DNA of 64,000 nt, taken from the NCBI GenBank assembly GCA_029263475.1, contig JAJCXK010000081.1:6698-70697 (forward strand), written 5' to 3'. This document shows, piece after piece, positions 59,704-64,000 of the stretch. The DNA is from Nitrosopumilus sp. (GTDB taxonomy: Archaea; Thermoproteota; Nitrososphaeria; Nitrososphaerales; Nitrosopumilaceae). The notes beneath the pieces are model-generated. The model did not search any database and was not told the origin of the DNA. It worked only from the letters and a program-made list of their open reading frames with translations. The position numbers were made by a program, and so were the translations under genes. Each line of letters opens with the position of its first letter. Position 1 is the stretch's first letter.

Positions 59704-62425
59704 CTTTGAAAGAACCACAAAAATTGTAAAAAGATTTGGCGGTGATCCGGCAATCCTTGACACCTACGAGTTTGACTGCGAGGAATTACCGCATGTGATG
59801 TCATCAGAGATGAAGAATGCCGACCCAAACGAGATTGTCGTAAAATTATTCCTTGACCAGTCCATGACGTTTGTAGATGCTGCACCAATTCTTACAGACG
59901 AACCTGCAAAGAGAAACTATCTTTTTGAGACCTCCCTAACTCAGGGCGTAAACGTTGGAAAATTCTATCGATGCAGAATAAAGAATGCCGTAAAGATACT
60001 CGATGACAGACACGGAGAGATGCTGCAGATTACCGGAGAAGGCGTTGAAATCCGACTAAAGGAATCCCCGTTATCTCATCCGCAACGTCTGAAGACTCCG
60101 CAGTATGCGATTACCAAATGGATACTTGATTACAATCAGGAGGTTGCATCCGTGCCAAATTCCGACAAGGAGCAGCTATTTGGAAACGGCACAATCACAA
60201 ACGGCAAGGTCGTGACTGGACCGGAAACGACTGTGTTACTGGATGATTCGCATTCGCTAAAGCAAAACTGGACTCCCGGTTCCGTAAAGAACTACTATGA
60301 TGGATTTGATTTGCTAATTCAAAGGCAGTCATTATCACAGGGGCAGGGAGGACTCAACATTGAATATTACATTGACTATCTCTATCCGAACACTGTCGGA
60401 CATTCAGACAAGCAGTTCATCCAGGTAATCGCAAAGGAGTTTGGACTTGATGACTCTGGCGTAACCGTTGATCCTATCTCTACTGTTCTGCCTGAGCTGG
60501 AAGACACCGAAATCATTGACAACACGAAATACTATGACAGCGTTGTCCTGGAATGCGATGCAATATCTGGAACCCTTCCGGTAATTCGTGGAATATACTT
60601 TTCAGATTTGGAGCATGCAAGGTTGAGAGATGACTATGACGGCTCGACAACCTATGCACTAGATGATCAGGTAAAGGTAGTAGATAACGCTGCAAGGACC
60701 ATCCGATTCTACAAGTCATTGACTGACAGCAACACCGGAAACACTCCTCCCACTGCCGGGTCTCCTGCAAGCAGTGGATTTTGGGAAGAGGATTTCATTC
60801 AGGATAACAGGTACTCGCCTCTTACAAACAATCTGGAGATATGGCGTGCAAACATGGCAGCACACGGATTCTCTGAAATTTCTGCTGATTACGAGGGATT
60901 CTTTGTAGATCCTAACTTTGTAAGGGCAAACTTTGATCGTGGTGATTTGGATCACTACCAATACGTCACAATGAAGGACGTTACACGCATTGCCACAAGC
61001 AATGCCAATATTCCGACACTTGCCGAAGAGCATGATGGAAAGAGATTCCTTGTGGGACAGGACAGTTCAGTTGCAATTACTACTGAACCTTTCGCATCAA
61101 ACAAGGCAAAGATTGCAGAGTATGACGAGTCAGTGGATGCATGGAGATTCTCCAAAGCACCTGAGGCTGATGAGGTAATCTATGATGTGGCGACATCAAA
61201 GCTGTACAAGTATGTAGGAACGTATCCATCGGGGGATTGGCAGGTATTGTGGGACATCAATGTCGGTGCTGCATGGCAGACCTCTCCCGCACATCCGGTA
61301 AAATCCGTATCGCTAAAGCCTGACATTCATGGAAATGCAAACGCTGCAGTGGAATTTCTCTTTGACTGGAATACAGACATCCTCACCGGAGGCGATTCAC
61401 GCAACAGGTATTCCAGGGGATACTGGCTGAACTTTTGGAATCCTGTTCCAAGATTTGACATGGGTGCCGGTTATGCCATTGGGGAAATATGCAAGCAGCC
61501 ATTCTTGGATACTGAAAACCTCACGTACTCGCAGCAGGGAATACTCGGATACAACGGAAAGCACGGGGAGGACAAGGGCCCCATTCAGGGAATCACGTTC
61601 GTACTTACCGCATCAATTGAGGATGCTGCAGACAAGCTGCTTGATTTCAAGGCAAACCAGAACGTCACGTTTTGGATCATTGACAAGTTTCTACGAGTCC
61701 ATTTCATCGATGACGTAATTCCCGCAAACGGAAAGCCCGCAAGGTTCACGATGGGATTTGGCCTTGATCAGACAGGTGAGCCAAACCTCTGGGTGAATCG
61801 TGTGGATGATCTTGAGGAAATATTTGGTCTGACAATACCTGCATTCTTTGGACTAAAGCAGGAGGAAAATGCCGGAGTTACTTTTGACTGGAACTTTGTC
61901 TATGGTTGGGGAATTCTCTCTGCTGATTCATACAACGACGAGCCAAAATTCTATGCTGCTGGACGAGATTCATACCGGGATGATCTGGCTGGTAGACTGC
62001 AGGTAGCATGGGAATATTTCATAAACTCCACGCAGAGTCTCTTTGAGGCATCCGAAGCAGGTCCTGCGATAGTCCTGGCAGACCATGCAAAGCTGAGAAT
62101 CGAGGATCTGTTCTATGTGAAGCAGCTTGTCGTATCCTCCATTGACACTCCCCTGACGAATCCGCACACAAAGGTATTCCAGGATCACACCGAGACTGAT
62201 TACAGAAATGCCGAGCTTACCGCAAAGTCATTGGCAGCAAAGGGCAAGGCATTTCGTCCGGTAAAGCACATCACTGCGGACCTGGACGTACGACTCCAAA
62301 AGGGAATGAGATTCAAGGTTGCAGACGGAACGGAATACGTCGCAATCGAGGTAAACCAGATTACAAACGATGACGGAGCATTGATGGAAATCAGTGCAAT
62401 CCCCAAATTGGTGATAGGAATCTAG
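59693..62425 (+). CDS. Baseplate hub/tail-tip protein with inserted binding modules
   Basis: 910 aa; hub-like termini (ITGEGVE; YVAIEVNQ...MEIS); CBM5/12-like YDGSTTYALDDQV...FYKSL..N.GN.P. Confidence 0.65.
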   Translation: MPASFERTTKIVKRFGGDPAILDTYEFDCEELPHVMSSEMKNADPNEIVVKLFLDQSMTFVDAAPILTDEPAKRNYLFETSLTQGVNVGKFYRCRIKNAVKILDDRHGEMLQITGEGVEIRLKESPLSHPQRLKTPQYAITKWILDYNQEVASVPNSDKEQLFGNGTITNGKVVTGPETTVLLDDSHSLKQNWTPGSVKNYYDGFDLLIQRQSLSQGQGGLNIEYYIDYLYPNTVGHSDKQFIQVIAKEFGLDDSGVTVDPISTVLPELEDTEIIDNTKYYDSVVLECDAISGTLPVIRGIYFSDLEHARLRDDYDGSTTYALDDQVKVVDNAARTIRFYKSLTDSNTGNTPPTAGSPASSGFWEEDFIQDNRYSPLTNNLEIWRANMAAHGFSEISADYEGFFVDPNFVRANFDRGDLDHYQYVTMKDVTRIATSNANIPTLAEEHDGKRFLVGQDSSVAITTEPFASNKAKIAEYDESVDAWRFSKAPEADEVIYDVATSKLYKYVGTYPSGDWQVLWDINVGAAWQTSPAHPVKSVSLKPDIHGNANAAVEFLFDWNTDILTGGDSRNRYSRGYWLNFWNPVPRFDMGAGYAIGEICKQPFLDTENLTYSQQGILGYNGKHGEDKGPIQGITFVLTASIEDAADKLLDFKANQNVTFWIIDKFLRVHFIDDVIPANGKPARFTMGFGLDQTGEPNLWVNRVDDLEEIFGLTIPAFFGLKQEENAGVTFDWNFVYGWGILSADSYNDEPKFYAAGRDSYRDDLAGRLQVAWEYFINSTQSLFEASEAGPAIVLADHAKLRIEDLFYVKQLVVSSIDTPLTNPHTKVFQDHTETDYRNAELTAKSLAAKGKAFRPVKHITADLDVRLQKGMRFKVADGTEYVAIEVNQITNDDGALMEISAIPKLVIGI

Positions 62426-62428
62426 AAC

Positions 62429-64000
62429 ATGACTACTGCATTTAAAATTGATAATGAGAAGCAAAGACAGCGAAAATTACAAGAAGATATACGAATCCTA
62501 AATGGACGTGTCGGAAAAAGAAGGCTGTCGACTAATCAGTTCGTACCAAAATCATACCTGAATCTTGGAAACGGTTTTGGAAACACCGTGAATGACTGGA
62601 GCCAGAGTCCTGCGGTGTCGCTTGTGGAAATGGCAGGATTTGGAATAAACAACACGCCACTTATCACCTTTGACAATACCGGAAAGATTGGAATTCATGC
62701 AGTGGATAAATTCTCTCCTACTGATGGTATCCTTGAAACTTTGGAATTTGAGGTTCCAGTCAACGGTGCGTATGACTTTTTTGTGGACAGGGATGCGATA
62801 AGCACTCCCGTCTTTGGAATAACTGCAACGGCACTGCAGTCAAACGTCCTGCTGGAAATGAACAACAACAACGTCAAAGGCGTGGACAAGATCACCTTTG
62901 ATCCCGCATCCGACCAGATCCAGAGCTTCGATTCCAGGGAGATGTATGCCGATAATCTGGGCAACATGGGATTCTCCGTCTCATCTACTTTGGGAACCGG
63001 CAGCTTTTCATTGCTTGTGGATTCTGCGGTAAAATTCACGGAATACAACTGGAGCAAGGACCAGTCCTCAAATGGAGGCAGGCCGATGGTAAACGTTGAA
63101 CGCCTTGAATCCAACTCGTCAAGCCTTCCATCGACCGGGTTTATTCGAATGGGGAACGGCGAATCTATGGCATGGCTTAGCAATCCCGGCGGAACTGATC
63201 TTACAATCGGTGCAGGACTCACAAACGACTTTGTATTTGGAACCGGATGGAACGGGATCGATTTCACTTCCAGACCCCTGAAGAACTTGGTGATAGGTGA
63301 CGACTTGGATATGAACGGGAATGGCATTGTTGGAATTTCCAACTTGGATCTGGACGGAGTTAGTGCGACGATAGAGGGAGTCGCAAACCTCCAGTTCTTC
63401 CAGACTGCACAGTCAATCAATTCTCTTGCATTGGGATTGACGTATCAGGTATCTGCACAGCAGAAGCACGAGTTCGTGATTGGCGGTGTACCTGTTGCAG
63501 CTTTTGAGGAAACGACAATCGGAAACTACCTGACCACGATCGATTCCGTCATCAATTTGACAGGCAACCAAATCAATCAGACGAGACACGTTGCGTTTTC
63601 CGGAAGCGAAAGTTTGGGATCTGCTGAATCTGGAATTGGAATGGCTGCCGGATGCATGAAGTACAAGACATCGCTGACGAATCAAACTCATGACTTTCTA
63701 GCTGTCGATGAATTGTTGGCGTCAATTTCCAGAATAGGAAGCAACGAGGGACAGCTTTCGGTTCATGCCACCGTATCTGACATCCTGCAAGCTGACGAGC
63801 AGTTGTTTTTCACGGACTCTGGCTTTGACCCTGCACTTGGACAGATTAGGAGAAACGGTGCGGACATCAAGGTGTTTTCCGGCGGACAGGTTCAGAATCT
63901 CAGTGACATTGCCGATATCCTTACATGGACTCAGGATCATGATGCAAATGATTTTTCTCTTATCGGATTGAAAAATCTGGACTTTGATGATCCGATTAGT
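62429..64000 (+). CDS. Tail fibre/receptor-binding protein, open at the window end (>524 aa)
   Basis: Read by hand as open from ATG 62429 and in frame at 64000; LDMNGNGIVGISNL-type fibre repeats. Confidence 0.75.
   Translation, partial: MTTAFKIDNEKQRQRKLQEDIRILNGRVGKRRLSTNQFVPKSYLNLGNGFGNTVNDWSQSPAVSLVEMAGFGINNTPLITFDNTGKIGIHAVDKFSPTDGILETLEFEVPVNGAYDFFVDRDAISTPVFGITATALQSNVLLEMNNNNVKGVDKITFDPASDQIQSFDSREMYADNLGNMGFSVSSTLGTGSFSLLVDSAVKFTEYNWSKDQSSNGGRPMVNVERLESNSSSLPSTGFIRMGNGESMAWLSNPGGTDLTIGAGLTNDFVFGTGWNGIDFTSRPLKNLVIGDDLDMNGNGIVGISNLDLDGVSATIEGVANLQFFQTAQSINSLALGLTYQVSAQQKHEFVIGGVPVAAFEETTIGNYLTTIDSVINLTGNQINQTRHVAFSGSESLGSAESGIGMAAGCMKYKTSLTNQTHDFLAVDELLASISRIGSNEGQLSVHATVSDILQADEQLFFTDSGFDPALGQIRRNGADIKVFSGGQVQNLSDIADILTWTQDHDANDFSLIGLKNLDFDDPIS

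Larger units (their letters stand above)
29700..64000. mobile_element. Integrated head-tail provirus (HK97-type, siphovirus-like tail); right end outside the window
   Basis: Integrase, then dense small ORFs, MTases, terminase-portal-protease-MCP-tail gene order; left boundary approximate. Confidence 0.93.

Noticed and set aside
62695-63940. Minus-strand ORFs at the window end
   Set aside because: Antisense to the open plus-strand fibre gene starting at 62429

Overview
Ammonia-oxidising archaeon (Nitrosopumilus-like Thaumarchaeota, inferred from gene content and thaumarchaeal-type protein motifs). Bases 1 to ~29,700 are host chromosome: RidA, TrmB, a divergent ESCRT-III gene plus cdvC/Vps4 (separated by a receiver/cyclase pair), carA-carB, A-type ATPase subunit F, lsrF, ilvB-ilvN-leuA/cimA-leuB, DsbA, YIP1, aspS and a NusA-like gene. 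From ~29,700 to beyond the window end lies an integrated head-tail provirus. It carries an integrase, a divergent RHH switch, many zinc microproteins, two DNA methyltransferases, MazG, terminase, portal, protease/scaffold, major capsid protein, head fibre and a very short tail module. Top observations: (1) carB is interrupted by a 22-nt insert that folds as a relaxed bulge-helix-bulge, and the canonical cut positions restore the conserved GEAGE-FDYSG motif, so it is a probable archaeal mRNA intron in carB; (2) a viral late-promoter motif, TACTTC, lies exactly 35 nt upstream of six late-gene starts in place of a canonical BRE/TATA, with a candidate viral HTH activator and a probable internal scaffold promoter; (3) several operator arrays and unannotated small genes. 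All calls come from reading the sequence by eye; no database searches were run.
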